A stretch of DNA of 64,000 nucleotides. Origin: an uncultured Actinomycetes bacterium. GTDB lineage: Bacteria; Actinomycetota; Thermoleophilia; Gaiellales; JAICJC01. Location: positions 42,815 to 106,814 of the forward strand of contig CAWEYE010000006.1 in assembly GCA_963813245.1 (NCBI GenBank). Reading direction: 5' to 3'. Both the position numbers and the translations under genes were made by a program. The notes below the pieces were generated by a model. That model did no database searches. It saw only the letters and a program-made list of their open reading frames with translations, and was not told the DNA's origin. Below are positions 16,880-26,735 of the stretch, piece by piece (position 1 is the stretch's first letter; each line of letters opens with the position of its first letter).

Positions 16880-18998
16880 CTAGAGGGTGAAACCGGTGAC
16901 GACCTGTTCGAGCTCGTTGGCGGTGTCGAGCAGCTTGCGGGCGGAGAGGTGGATCTGGTCGGTCGAGGCAGACGTCTCCTCCGTGGAGGCGGACACCTGC
17001 TCGGCCGCCGCGGAGGACGACTCGGCGACCGAGGACACGGAGGTGATCTCGGCCTGGATGTGCTGCGACGAGGAGGCCATCTCGGCGATCGTGCCCGAGA
17101 TCTGCTCCACCCGGCTGGTGACGTCCTTCACCGCGGCGGAGATCTGCGCGAACGCCTCGCGGGTCTGCTCGACGACGGCGACGCCGTCCTCTGTGCGCTG
17201 CGCTCCGTCCTCGACGACGCCGACCGCGCGCTGGGTCTCGCCCTGGATCTCGCCGATCAGGCCCGAGATGGACGCGGCGGCCGTCTGCGACTCCTCGGCC
17301 AGCTTGCGCACCTCCTCGGCGACCACGGCGAACCCGCGCCCCTGCTCTCCGGCCCGGGCGGCCTCGATGGCCGCATTCAGGGCGAGCAGGTTCGTCTGCT
17401 GCGCGATGCCGGTGATCGTGGCGACGATGCCGCCGATCTGCTCGGACTTGGCTCCGAGAGCCCGGATGGCGTTCGTGACCGCGGCCGACGAGTCGCGCAC
17501 GGCCTCCATCGCCTGAGACGCCTTCAGCGCGGCCTCGGCGCCCGCCTCGGCCACCTCCTGCGCTCCCCTGGCGGCGGTGGTCTGCTCGGCTCCCGCGGCG
17601 CTCGCCGTGGCGGCCAGCGCCATCTCGTCGGTCAGCTGGCGGGCCTGGTCGACCGCCTGCACCTGCTTCTCGGCGCCCTCGGCGACATCGCCGACGGCAG
17701 TCGCGATCTCGAGCGCCGCCTTGCCGGCCTCCTCGGCGGTCGTGGCCATCTCCTGCGAGGAGACGCCCAGCCCGCCGGCGGTGGCCGCGACCATGCCGAC
17801 GGTCGCATGCAGCTGGCCGACCATGGTCTGGAACACGCGGGCCATGTCGCCGATCTCGTCGCGGCTGCGCACATCGCTCACGTCGACGGTCAGTCGCCCT
17901 GCCCGATCCGCTCCGCCGCGGTGACCATCTTGCGGATGCTGCGGACGATCCCGCGGGAGATGAAGAACGCCAGGATGCCGCCGGTCAGGAGGCCGATGAC
18001 AAGCGCGGCGATCGTGATCGTGGAGTTCGACGACGCGGTCGAGGCAACGGCCTGCTGGTCGCTGGCCGCGAGCCCCTGCTCGATCGTGATCAGGCTGTCG
18101 AAATCGGCGCCGATGGACTTGATCAGATCGAGGTTGGTCACGCTCAGCTGCTGGGCCTCGGCGTCCTTGCCCACCTTGGTCAGGGCGATGTACTGCTCGC
18201 GCACCGGGGCGTACTTCTTGAGGTTCGCACGCAGTCGTGCCAGCACGACCGCGGCCTTGCCCGGCACGTTGTGGGCGGCGGCCGCGAGCTTCTGGTCGAT
18301 GAGGTGCGTGTTGGCCGCGAGTTCTTGCCGGATCAGCGTGAGGTCGGCCGGATCGGTCTTCAGGATCAGGTCGCGCAGGAGGGTGCGGTTCTTGTTGTGG
18401 TGATGCCGGCGACGCCGACCTCGCCGAGAGGCTGCACGGTTCGCGTGTACATGTGCTGAGCGCTCGAAGACGCGCTCTGCAGGCCGAGGATGCCGAGCAC
18501 CCCGACGAGCACGAGCACGCTGAGGCTGACGCCCACCATCGCAACCAGCTTCGTCGTGATCGAGAACCGCATCTTGGCGAAACGGCCGGTGGCGGCAACG
18601 GCGGTCTCGGGCGAGCCGGCGGCGGCGGCGCTGTTCTGCTCCTTCAGCCAGGCCAGGATCTCGCTCGAGACGGCGGCCGAGCGGCGGGAGAACTCACCGG
18701 TCACGCTGAGCTTGGCCTCGGCCTCGTCACGCTGGCCTGCGACGGCCAGGCCGAGCACCTCGGCAGCGCACGTGTGGAACTGTGCGTGCGCCTGCTTGCA
18801 TGCGGTGTAGCGGGCGGAGCCGCTCAGCTCGGCCGCGGCCGGGCCGTAGAGCCACTTCCCGAACGCGCAGTGGTCATCGCGGGCGACGGTTGCGACGGAG
18901 AATTCACTGGTGCCCTGGTCGACGGCGTTTCGGAGGTTCGTCTTCCACTTGGCGTGTGCTGCGAGTGCGTCCCTGAGGTCCTTCGTGATATCAGTCAT
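16880..18998 (-). pseudogene. Methyl-accepting chemotaxis protein with N-terminal CZB (zinc-binding) domain; two frameshifts
   Basis: Three consecutive frames. ORF 18366..19100 from ATG 18998 carries CZB ligands (HAKWK...HCAFGKWLY...HAQFH), then [23 protein letters not shown] (TM1). ORF 17890..18267 and its upstream extension ([15 protein letters not shown]...) carry the ligand domain, TM2 and HAMP. ORF 16880..18598 ([21 protein letters not shown]...) carries the MA domain ([41 protein letters not shown]). The breaks lie at about 18400 and at 17893. Confidence 0.85.
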
Positions 18999-19252
18999 GC
19001 ACTCCCTAATCGGGACGCGGGCAACCCCCTTAACAGCCCGCCACCAGGTCGAGCAGATCCCCGCGGGAGAGGTCAGTAGAAACCCGCACCGGCGCTGCAC
19101 GTATCGAGGTAGTTGTGGCCTCGGGAGCCCGATCTGGGCCGTGCGCGCTTGCCCGACTCGCTGTGCCCGAGTAACAATGCCTGTCCTTGGGCATCAGCCA
19201 CCGGCTCGGGTCAACGCCGCCGCCGCCCGCACTCCAGAGAAGGGGTCATCCG

Positions 19253-20308
19253 ATGAAGGCGCTCGTGTACCACGGACCAGGGCAAAAGGCGTGGGAAACC
19301 GTCCCCGACCCGAAGATCATGAATTCGACCGATGTGATCGTGAAGGTCGACACGACCACGATCTGCGGCACCGACCTGCACATCCTCAAGGGCGACGTGC
19401 CGGCGGTGACGGACGGCCGCGTGCTCGGGCACGAGGGCGTCGGCACCGTGATCGAGGTCGGCGGGGCGGTGGGCAGCATCGCCGTCGGCGATCGCGTGAT
19501 CATCTCGTGCATCAGCTCGTGCGGCTCGTGCTCCTACTGCCATCAGCAGCTGCCGTCCCACTGCCTGGACGGCGAGGGCACCGCGGGCATCGGCTGGATC
19601 TTCGGCCACCTCATCGACGGCACCCAGGCGGAGTACGTGCGGGTGCCGTTCGCCGACGGCTCCCTGCACAAGCTGCCCGAGGGCGTGAGCGACGAGGCGG
19701 CGGTGATGCTCTCCGACATCCTGCCGACGGGCTTTGAGATCGGCGTGCGCAACGGCCGCACGAAGCCCGGCGACGTCGTTGCGGTCGTCGGCGCAGGCCC
19801 CGTCGGCCTGTCCGCGATCATGACCGCGGGGCTCTACGGGGCGTCGCGCATCATCGCGATCGATCTCGACCAGAACCGGCTCGAGCAGGCCAAGACGTTC
19901 GGCGCGAGCGACGGCGTCAACAGCGGCCAGGCCGACTGGAAGGACGCCGTCTACGCGATGACCGACGGCTTCGGCGTGGACGTCGCCATCGAGGCGGTGG
20001 GCGTGCCGCAGACGTTCCAGATGTGCACCGAGCTCGTCCGTCCCGGCGGGACGGTCGCGAACGTCGGCGTGCACGGCAAGTCGGCGGAGCTCAAGCTCCA
20101 GGATCTGTGGATCAAGGACGTCGCGATCACGACCGGCCTCGTCAGCGCCACGACGACCCCGATGCTGCTCAAGCTCGTGGCCCAGGGCAAGCTCCATCCG
20201 GAGCGGTTCGTGACCCACCGCTTCGGCTTCGACGCCGTGATGGACGCCTACGACACGTTCGGCCGCGCGGCCGAGACGAAGGCCCTCAAGGTGGCGATCG
20301 CCGGCTGA
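19253..20308 (+). CDS. Zinc-dependent alcohol dehydrogenase family (MDR) oxidoreductase
   Basis: ATG 19253 lies inside ORF 19187..20308. MKALVYHGPG..., catalytic Zn motif GHEGVGTVIEVG, structural Zn CGSCSYC, and Rossmann VAVVGAGPVG. Confidence 0.9.
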   Translation: MKALVYHGPGQKAWETVPDPKIMNSTDVIVKVDTTTICGTDLHILKGDVPAVTDGRVLGHEGVGTVIEVGGAVGSIAVGDRVIISCISSCGSCSYCHQQLPSHCLDGEGTAGIGWIFGHLIDGTQAEYVRVPFADGSLHKLPEGVSDEAAVMLSDILPTGFEIGVRNGRTKPGDVVAVVGAGPVGLSAIMTAGLYGASRIIAIDLDQNRLEQAKTFGASDGVNSGQADWKDAVYAMTDGFGVDVAIEAVGVPQTFQMCTELVRPGGTVANVGVHGKSAELKLQDLWIKDVAITTGLVSATTTPMLLKLVAQGKLHPERFVTHRFGFDAVMDAYDTFGRAAETKALKVAIAG

Positions 20309-20317
20309 CCCGCCCGC

Positions 20318-20353
20318 GCGTACCGGTGGCGGTCAGTACCGCCACCGGTACGC
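20318..20353. terminator. Perfect 16-bp stem-loop between convergent adh-like and GS-like genes
   Basis: GCGTACCGGTGGCGGT (20318-20333), loop CAGT, then ACCGCCACCGGTACGC (20338-20353). The 3' arm lies inside the last codons of the minus-strand gene (...AAYRWRY*). Confidence 0.55.
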
Positions 20354-21673
20354 TGCGACGGCCTGGTCCTCGGAGAGCGCGCCGTACGTCTCCCACTCGC
20401 GCCGGCGCACCGCGGCGAACGCGTCGTGCAGCACGTCACCGAGCGCGCCGCGCGCGAGCGCGCTTGCCTCGAAGAGCTCGGTGGCGCCGCCCAGCGTGGC
20501 CGGCAGCCGGGCGATGCCGCGGCCGGCGAGCTCGGCGGCCGAGAGCGCCGCCGGGTCGTCCTGCATCGGATCGGGCAGGGGCGCGTCGCGGGCGATGCCG
20601 TCGAGGGCCGCCGCGGTCAGCAGCGCCATCACCACATACGGGTTCGCGCCGCCGTCGCCGACCTTGACCTCGAAGTTCGCCGACCGCTCCCTGCTCGTGA
20701 CGGTGCCGGGGATGAACCGCACGGCCGCCTCGCGGTTCTCGACGCCCCAGCAGGCGTACGCCCCCGCCCAGTGGTGCGGCTGCAGGCGCAGGTAGGAGAC
20801 GGGGCTCGGGGCGAGGACGGCCAGGAGCTCCGGCAGGGCGGCCACGACGCCCCCCAGGGCGGCCGCGCCGGTGGCGGTCAGCCCGCCCGGCCGGTCGCCT
20901 CCCTGCATCAGGTTGTGCCCGTCGCGCCAGACGCTCAGGTGGGCATGGCAGCCGTTTCCGACCTCGCCGGGGAAGACGATCGGGGCGAAGCTCACGGCGA
21001 GGCCGTGGCGGCGGGCCGCGAACCGCATCTGTGTGCGGACGAAGACGAGGTCGTCGGCGGCGGCGAGCGGGTCGCGGGCGGCGATCGAGACCTCGAACTG
21101 GCCGGGTGCGTACTCGGGATGGAACTGCTCGACCTCGATGCCGGCCGTCTCGAGCGCCGCTACCAGGTCGAGCAGGAACCCGTCCAGGAGCGCGAGGGCG
21201 GTCGTGCTGTAGCCCGGGCCGGTGTGGGCCGGGCCGCCCTCGGCGGCGAGCAGCGTCGCCTCGATCTCGAAGGTCGCGCGCAGCTCGACGCCGGCCGACT
21301 GCGCCGCCGCGACCGCCCGCCGCAGGGCGGCGCGCTGGCAGGCCGGCACCGGCTCGAGCTCCTGGCTCATCTGGTCGACCGGCGCCCAGGCCCAGCCCGG
21401 CGCGGCCGTCAGCACCCGGGCCGCGGCGAGGTCGGGGATCAGGCGCATGTCGCCGCTCGGGTTGTCGAACGGCGGCACGTCCGCGAACAGGTCGTCGGTA
21501 CCGGCCGCGGCCCAGATGTAGGCCATGCCGACGCCGTTTGCCGCCACCCGCTCGAGCCGCGAGAGCGGCACGGCCTTGACCCTCGTGATGCCGCCGTTGT
21601 CGACCATCGTCATCGCGAGCGCGCGCACGGACGCCGCCTCGAAGCGCTCGCGCACAGAGCCCTCGCCGCTCAT
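20333..21673 (-). CDS. Glutamine synthetase family protein (type III/GlnA-like gamma-glutamyl ligase)
   Basis: ATG 21673 (MSGEGSVRERFEA...) lies inside ORF 20333..22726. GS catalytic-domain pattern (HPEYAPGQFEVS, NGCHAHLSVW, NREAAVRF, ...NPYVVMAALL-like). The start overlaps the upstream stop (ATGA, 21670-21673). Confidence 0.85.
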   Translation of the reverse strand: MSGEGSVRERFEAASVRALAMTMVDNGGITRVKAVPLSRLERVAANGVGMAYIWAAAGTDDLFADVPPFDNPSGDMRLIPDLAAARVLTAAPGWAWAPVDQMSQELEPVPACQRAALRRAVAAAQSAGVELRATFEIEATLLAAEGGPAHTGPGYSTTALALLDGFLLDLVAALETAGIEVEQFHPEYAPGQFEVSIAARDPLAAADDLVFVRTQMRFAARRHGLAVSFAPIVFPGEVGNGCHAHLSVWRDGHNLMQGGDRPGGLTATGAAALGGVVAALPELLAVLAPSPVSYLRLQPHHWAGAYACWGVENREAAVRFIPGTVTSRERSANFEVKVGDGGANPYVVMALLTAAALDGIARDAPLPDPMQDDPAALSAAELAGRGIARLPATLGGATELFEASALARGALGDVLHDAFAAVRRREWETYGALSEDQAVAAYRWRY

Positions 21674-22845
21674 CGGCCCGCGCCCAGCCCGTGCAGCCGG
21701 CGGGCGTTTCCGCCCAGGACGCCGGCGCCGATCCGCCGGGCCGCGTCGCGGTTCAGCTGCCGGCGCGCGATGCCGGTCTCGAGCACCCGCCCGAGCGCCT
21801 CGCGTGCGAGCAGGGCCGAGAGCCAGACCACCTCCGGCTCGCTGGCCTCGTCCGAGCCGTACATCACCTTCGCCGGCGGGGCGATGCCGAGCAGGATCTC
21901 GAGCCGGCTGTCGATGGCGAGGCTCGCCCACGGCGTCGACAGGGACGTGTCCAGGTAGACGTGGGGGAGGATCGACGCGACGAAGGCGCCCTCGTCCACC
22001 CAGGGCCAGCCCGAGTGGATCAGGACGATGGGCTGGTCCATGTGCGCGGAGAGCAGCGGGAAGAGGTCGGACGGGCGGGCGTGTGCGAAGACGATCGAGG
22101 GATCGCCGCCCCCGCAGTGGATGTGCACCGGGATCCCGGCGCTGCGGGCGACGGCGAGCGCGCGCCGGAGCAGCCCGTCGCGCACGGGCTTTGCGTGCTC
22201 GCGGGTCTCGTGCCAGCCGTCCCCGCGCCACGCCGAGAAGGCCGCCTCGCGGTCGGACGCGCTCCACTCGCACACGTCGAGGCCGGTGCGGTAGGCGATC
22301 ACCGACTTGAACGCGATCGACCCGTCGGCCACCGCCGCCTCGAGCCCCGCCGTGAAGGCGTCCTCGAGCTCGGCGTAACTCCCCACGGCGGCGCGCACGT
22401 CCGTGATCAGCGGCTCGATCCGGCACACGCGGTGCACCGTGAGGCCGACCTCGGCGCCCAGCGCCCGGCCGTCGATCTGCGGCAGCGGATAGCCGTCGTC
22501 CATGATCAGGTCGGCGACGCCGGCGTCGGCCCACAGCCGGCGCAGGTAGGCGCGGTGATCGGAGAGGGCGCGGGTGCGCGCGGCGGCCAGGCCGTCGCGG
22601 GTCGGCTCGCAGCCGAGCACCGCGGCCAGCCGGTCGGCCATCGCGACGGCGATCGGGGAGGTGTCGGTGGTGAGCTCGAGTATCTCCGTGTGCCGCTCGT
22701 CCTCGAGCCCCGAGCTCATCAGGCACATCCCGAGCATCGTGATCCGGTCGAGAAATCCGCGCTGCGGCGCGGCGGCGATCTCGTCGCTGCGCCAGCCGTG
22801 GCAGTGGACGTCGGCGACCGACGTCCCTTCGAGCAGGTCAGTCAC
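21670..22845 (-). CDS. Amidohydrolase-family metal-dependent hydrolase
   Basis: ORF 21670..22845, 391 aa. N-terminal metal motif DVHCHGW, internal IPVHIHCGGGD, ...VLIHSGWPW, and a TIM-barrel amidohydrolase pattern. Confidence 0.8.
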   Translation of the reverse strand: MTDLLEGTSVADVHCHGWRSDEIAAAPQRGFLDRITMLGMCLMSSGLEDERHTEILELTTDTSPIAVAMADRLAAVLGCEPTRDGLAAARTRALSDHRAYLRRLWADAGVADLIMDDGYPLPQIDGRALGAEVGLTVHRVCRIEPLITDVRAAVGSYAELEDAFTAGLEAAVADGSIAFKSVIAYRTGLDVCEWSASDREAAFSAWRGDGWHETREHAKPVRDGLLRRALAVARSAGIPVHIHCGGGDPSIVFAHARPSDLFPLLSAHMDQPIVLIHSGWPWVDEGAFVASILPHVYLDTSLSTPWASLAIDSRLEILLGIAPPAKVMYGSDEASEPEVVWLSALLAREALGRVLETGIARRQLNRDAARRIGAGVLGGNARRLHGLGAGR

Positions 22846-22971
22846 AAGCTGCCTCCGTGGTCAGAGTGGCCGTCGCGGCGATCCTCTCACGGCGGTGCGT
22901 GCGCGAGCGCGGGTGCGCTTAGCCGAGCGGCCCCCGCTGCTGCAAGTTCTGCCGACTAGGATCTGCGCGCC

Positions 22972-23808
22972 GTGCCCGACTGCGTCTTCGAGGAGCTCTC
23001 CCCGCACGTCGACCGGTTCACGCCGGACGACCGCACCGACCGGCCGGCGCTCGGGGCCGTGCACGGCGAGCGCGGCACGCTCCTCGTCGAGGGCGGCGCC
23101 TCGGTCGCGCACCTGGGCGCGTTCGCGGCCGAGCTCGCCGCGCGGGGCCGGCCTCCGGTTGTCGGGATCGCGCTGACCCACTGGCACTGGGACCATAGCT
23201 TCGGCTCGGCGGCGATCGCCGCGCCCGTGATCGCGCACCGCGACACCGCCGCGGCGCTCGCCGTCCAGGCCGGCTACGACTGGTCGGACGCGGCCCTCGC
23301 CGAGCGCGTCCGCGACGGCCGCGAGATCGCGTTCTGCGCCGAGTTCCTGCGCCTGGAGCTGCCCGACCGCTCGGATCTCGAGATCGTCGTCCCGACGGAC
23401 ACCTTCGCCGAGCGCCGCGACATCGATCTCGGCGGCGTGGCGGTCGCGCTCGTCCACGTCGGCGGCGACCACGCCGCCGACTCCGTGGCCGTGCACGTGC
23501 CGGCCGACGGCGTGCTCTTCCTGGGCGACTGTTTCTACCAGCGCCTGTACGCCCCGGAGCCGCTGCTCACGATCGCCGGCGTGCGCGCGCTGCTCGCCCG
23601 GCTGGCCGGGTTCGAGGTGGCGCTGGCCGTCGAGGGGCACGCGGACGACGTGCAGGACGCCGCCGCCTTCGCCGAACGCCTGGCCGGTCTGCGGCACGCG
23701 ACCGACCTGGTGGGAGAGCGCGGGGCGGCCGCCGCCGCGGCGGCGGCGCACGACGAGGATCTGGCCGAGCTCGTCGGCTTCCTTCTGGTCGGCGAGGGCC
23801 TCATCTAG
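22972..23808 (+). CDS. MBL-fold metallo-hydrolase
   Basis: ORF 22972..23808 (GTG start). Metallo-beta-lactamase signature ALTHWHWDHSFG and later HVGGDH. An Ala8 run lies near the C-terminus. Confidence 0.8.
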   Translation: MPDCVFEELSPHVDRFTPDDRTDRPALGAVHGERGTLLVEGGASVAHLGAFAAELAARGRPPVVGIALTHWHWDHSFGSAAIAAPVIAHRDTAAALAVQAGYDWSDAALAERVRDGREIAFCAEFLRLELPDRSDLEIVVPTDTFAERRDIDLGGVAVALVHVGGDHAADSVAVHVPADGVLFLGDCFYQRLYAPEPLLTIAGVRALLARLAGFEVALAVEGHADDVQDAAAFAERLAGLRHATDLVGERGAAAAAAAAHDEDLAELVGFLLVGEGLI

Positions 23809-23888
23809 AGCCGGGTTCTGCGCCGCGTTCTCCAATCCGGCTCTCACGCTCTCCGCCAAATCACAGGAACCTCGCGCATGATGAGGGT

Positions 23889-24485
23889 ATGGCACGGTTG
23901 CGACGGTTCACGAAGACGGAGCGGGCGGCGCACTGGCTGGTTGCGGGCGCGTTCGCGGTGATGCTCTTCTCCGGCGGCCAGGTGCCGCACCGGTGGCACT
24001 GGACCACGCCGGCGCTCGACGTCCACGTCGGCGCCGCCGTCGTGCTCGTCTGCGGCCTGGCCGGCCTGATGCTCTTCGGCAACGGCCGCGCTCTCAGCCG
24101 GACGGCGCGTGAGCTGCGCCGCCTCGACGCCGACGACCGCGCGTGGCTCGCGCCGCTGCGGATCCTGCGCGGCCGCCCGGCGCCGCCCGTCGGGCGCTTC
24201 AACGCGGGCCAGAAGCTGAACGCCCGCCTCGCGCTCGTGGGCCTCGTGGGCCTCTACGCCACCGGCGCGTATCTCGTGATCGTCGGCCGCACCGCGTTCG
24301 GCCATCTGCACGGCCCGTTCGCGTTCCTGACGACCGCGCTGATCGCCGGGCACATCTTCATGGCTGTCGTGAACCCGTCCACGCGACATGCCCTGCGCGG
24401 GATGACGCTCGGGAGCGTCGACCGCGACTGGGCCGCGCACCACTTCCCCCGGTGGGTGGACGAGATGGAGCATCGCGAGCCCTGA
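23889..24485 (+). CDS. Cytochrome b-type membrane protein (FdnI / cytochrome b561-like)
   Basis: ORF 23889..24485 (ATG). RFTKTERAAHWLVAGAFAVMLFSG, RFNAGQKLNA and conserved His in four helices resemble formate-dehydrogenase gamma/b561-type cytochromes. Confidence 0.7.
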   Translation: MARLRRFTKTERAAHWLVAGAFAVMLFSGGQVPHRWHWTTPALDVHVGAAVVLVCGLAGLMLFGNGRALSRTARELRRLDADDRAWLAPLRILRGRPAPPVGRFNAGQKLNARLALVGLVGLYATGAYLVIVGRTAFGHLHGPFAFLTTALIAGHIFMAVVNPSTRHALRGMTLGSVDRDWAAHHFPRWVDEMEHREP

Positions 24486-24515
24486 TCTGCGCGAAGGCGT
24501 AGAGTTGGGGCGGAG

Positions 24516-26465
24516 GTGGTGCGGATTCGCAGCAGTGCCCGGCACGTGGCTCTCGCCGTCGCGATCGCGGCCGTCGGCACGTGCACGCTGGGCACGGCCG
24601 GCAGCGGAGCGGCGGCGCCCGCGTCCGCCGCATTCGTGCGCGTGAACCAGGCCGGCTACCCGATCGGCGCGTCCAAGCGGGCCTACCTGCTCGCGGCCGT
24701 CGCCGAGCCGGGCGCGACCTTCCGGATCACGAACGCTGCGGGGCGCACCGTGCTCGCGGGCGCGGTCGGGCCGGCGCTCGGCAGATGGAGCGCGCGCTAC
24801 CCGCACGTCTACGCCGTCGACTTCACCCGCCTGCGCGCGGCCGGCCGCTACACGATCTCGGTTGCAGGCGCCGCGGCGGCGGCGTCACCGCCGTTCCTGG
24901 TCACGAGCGGCGCCCGCTTGTCGCGGCAGCCGCTGCGAAACTCGCTCGCCTTTTACCAGGACGAGCGCGACGGCCCCGACTTCATCCGCACGCCGCTTCG
25001 CACCGGGCCCGGCCACCTGAACGACGAGCACGCCATGACCTACCTCACGCCGAAGGTGGACGGCGACGGCAACTTCGCCGGGAGCCTGCACCCGCTCGGC
25101 GTGCGCATCGACGCCGCCGGCGGCTGGTGGGATGCCGGCGACTACCTGAAGTTCGTCGAGACGACCGGCTACACCGACGCGGTGCTGCTCGCGGCTGTGC
25201 GCGACTTCCCGCGGCCGATGCACGTGCGCGTCCACGGCCATACCTTCGCCGCCGAGGCGGCCTTCGGCGCCCGCTGGCTGCTGCGCATGTGGGACGACCG
25301 CACGCGCACGCTCTACTACCAGGTCGGGATCGGCGAGGGCAACGACCGGACGCTCGGCGACCATGACATCTGGCGGCTGCCGCAGGCCGACGACACCTAC
25401 GGCGGCACGGGCCGCGCCTCCCGGTACATCCGTCACCGGCCGGTCTTCCGCGCCGGCCCGCCCGGCGCGCCGGTGAGCCCGAACCTGGCCGGCCGCGACG
25501 CCGCCGCCTTCGGCCTCTGCTTCCAGGTGTACCGGCGTACGCATCCGGCCCTGGCCGCCCGCTGCCTGCGCTCCGGCGAGCACATCTTCGCGCTCGCGGA
25601 CACGACGCCGGGGCGTCTGCTGACGGTGATCCCGTTCGACTTCTATCCCGAGACGGAGTGGCGCGACGACCTGGAGCTCGGCGCGACCGAGCTCGCCGTC
25701 GCGACTGCCCACGCCGGCCTTCCGGCCGGGCTCCCGCACAGGCGCTCCGAGTACTATCTGCGCCTCGCCGCCCACTGGGCGCACGCCTACATCACCGGGC
25801 CGAACGACGCCGCCGACACGCTCAACCTGTACGACACGAGCGGCCTGGCCCATTACGACCTGTACCGCGCCATCCGCGCCGCCCACGACCCGCGCGGCCT
25901 GCAGGTGACGCCGGCGGCGCTGCTCGCCGACCTGCGCAGGCAGCTGGGCCGCGGCGAGGCCCAGGGCGGCGGCGATCCGTTCGGGTTCGGCTTCCCGTGG
26001 GCGCAGTACGACACCGCCTCGCACGGGTTCGGGCTGGCCGTCGAGGCGGGCGAATACGACCAGCTCACCCACAGCCACAGGTATGCCGACGACGCCTCCC
26101 GCTGGCTCGCGAACGTGCTCGGCGCAAACGCCTGGGGCGTCTCGCTCGCGGTCGGCGACGGCACCACCTACCCGCACTGCATGCAGCACCAGGTCGCGAA
26201 CCTCGCCGGCTCGCTGGACGGGTCGGCGCCGATCCTGGCCGGAGCGGTGGTGGAGGGGCCGAACAGCGCGGCGGCGACCGGCGTCGTGCCGCCCATGCGG
26301 CTGTGCCCCGGAGACGGCACCGACCGCTTCGCCCGGTTCAACTCGGCCGCCGTGTTCCGGGACAATGTGCAGTCGTACTCGACGGTCGAGCCGGCCATCG
26401 ACCTGACCGCCACGAGCCCCCTGGCGTTCGCCCGCCAGGCGGCGCGCAACCCGGCCGGCGGGTAG
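24516..26465 (+). CDS. Secreted glycoside hydrolase family 9 (endoglucanase-like) with N-terminal Ig-like domain
   Basis: ORF 24516..26465 (GTG, after GGCGGAGG). Signal peptide, a CelD_N-like start (VRVNQAGYPIGASKRAYL) and the GH9-type motif GGWWDAGDYLKF. Confidence 0.85.
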   Translation: MVRIRSSARHVALAVAIAAVGTCTLGTAGSGAAAPASAAFVRVNQAGYPIGASKRAYLLAAVAEPGATFRITNAAGRTVLAGAVGPALGRWSARYPHVYAVDFTRLRAAGRYTISVAGAAAAASPPFLVTSGARLSRQPLRNSLAFYQDERDGPDFIRTPLRTGPGHLNDEHAMTYLTPKVDGDGNFAGSLHPLGVRIDAAGGWWDAGDYLKFVETTGYTDAVLLAAVRDFPRPMHVRVHGHTFAAEAAFGARWLLRMWDDRTRTLYYQVGIGEGNDRTLGDHDIWRLPQADDTYGGTGRASRYIRHRPVFRAGPPGAPVSPNLAGRDAAAFGLCFQVYRRTHPALAARCLRSGEHIFALADTTPGRLLTVIPFDFYPETEWRDDLELGATELAVATAHAGLPAGLPHRRSEYYLRLAAHWAHAYITGPNDAADTLNLYDTSGLAHYDLYRAIRAAHDPRGLQVTPAALLADLRRQLGRGEAQGGGDPFGFGFPWAQYDTASHGFGLAVEAGEYDQLTHSHRYADDASRWLANVLGANAWGVSLAVGDGTTYPHCMQHQVANLAGSLDGSAPILAGAVVEGPNSAAATGVVPPMRLCPGDGTDRFARFNSAAVFRDNVQSYSTVEPAIDLTATSPLAFARQAARNPAGG

Positions 26466-26482
26466 GCCGGCCGCCGGCCTAC
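26462..26482. terminator. 9-bp stem-loop spanning both stop codons of convergent genes
   Basis: GTAGGCCGG (26462-26470), loop CCG, CCGGCCTAC (26474-26482). It contains the GH9 TAG and the complement of the DUF2630 stop. Confidence 0.4.
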
Positions 26483-26721
26483 TGCTGGTAGCCCTCGACC
26501 GTCTCGGCGCTGCGGGGCCGCGCGTCGTCCGGGTCGAGGCCGAACTCGCGGTGGGCGCGGCGCTGCCGGAGCAGGTCCCAGCAGCGGTCGAGCGCGACCT
26601 TGATCTCGGCCAGCCGCTCGTGGTCGCCGGCCGCGAGCCGGCCGTGGCTCTCGCGCTCGTACAGCGCCTGCTCCTCGGCTACCAACGCGTCGATCTGTCC
26701 CGTGATCTGGCTGTCGTCCAT
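26479..26721 (-). CDS. DUF2630 family protein
   Basis: ORF 26479..26739. The internal ATG 26721 is preceded by AAAGGAG and gives MDDSQITGQIDALVAEEQALYE...RCWDLLRQRRA, which is DUF2630-like. The longer start at 26739 would overlap the upstream stop (ATGA). Confidence 0.7.
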   Translation of the reverse strand: MDDSQITGQIDALVAEEQALYERESHGRLAAGDHERLAEIKVALDRCWDLLRQRRAHREFGLDPDDARPRSAETVEGYQQ

Positions 26722-26735
26722 GTTTGCTCCTTTCG

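Noticed and set aside
16280-18403. 707-aa plus-strand ORF
   Set aside because: It is antisense to the methyl-accepting chemotaxis protein, whose signalling domain is unmistakable on the minus strand.
21674-22726. N-terminal extension of the 797-aa ORF 20333..22726
   Set aside because: It is an out-of-frame read-through across the amidohydrolase gene. The GS-like homology begins at ATG 21673.
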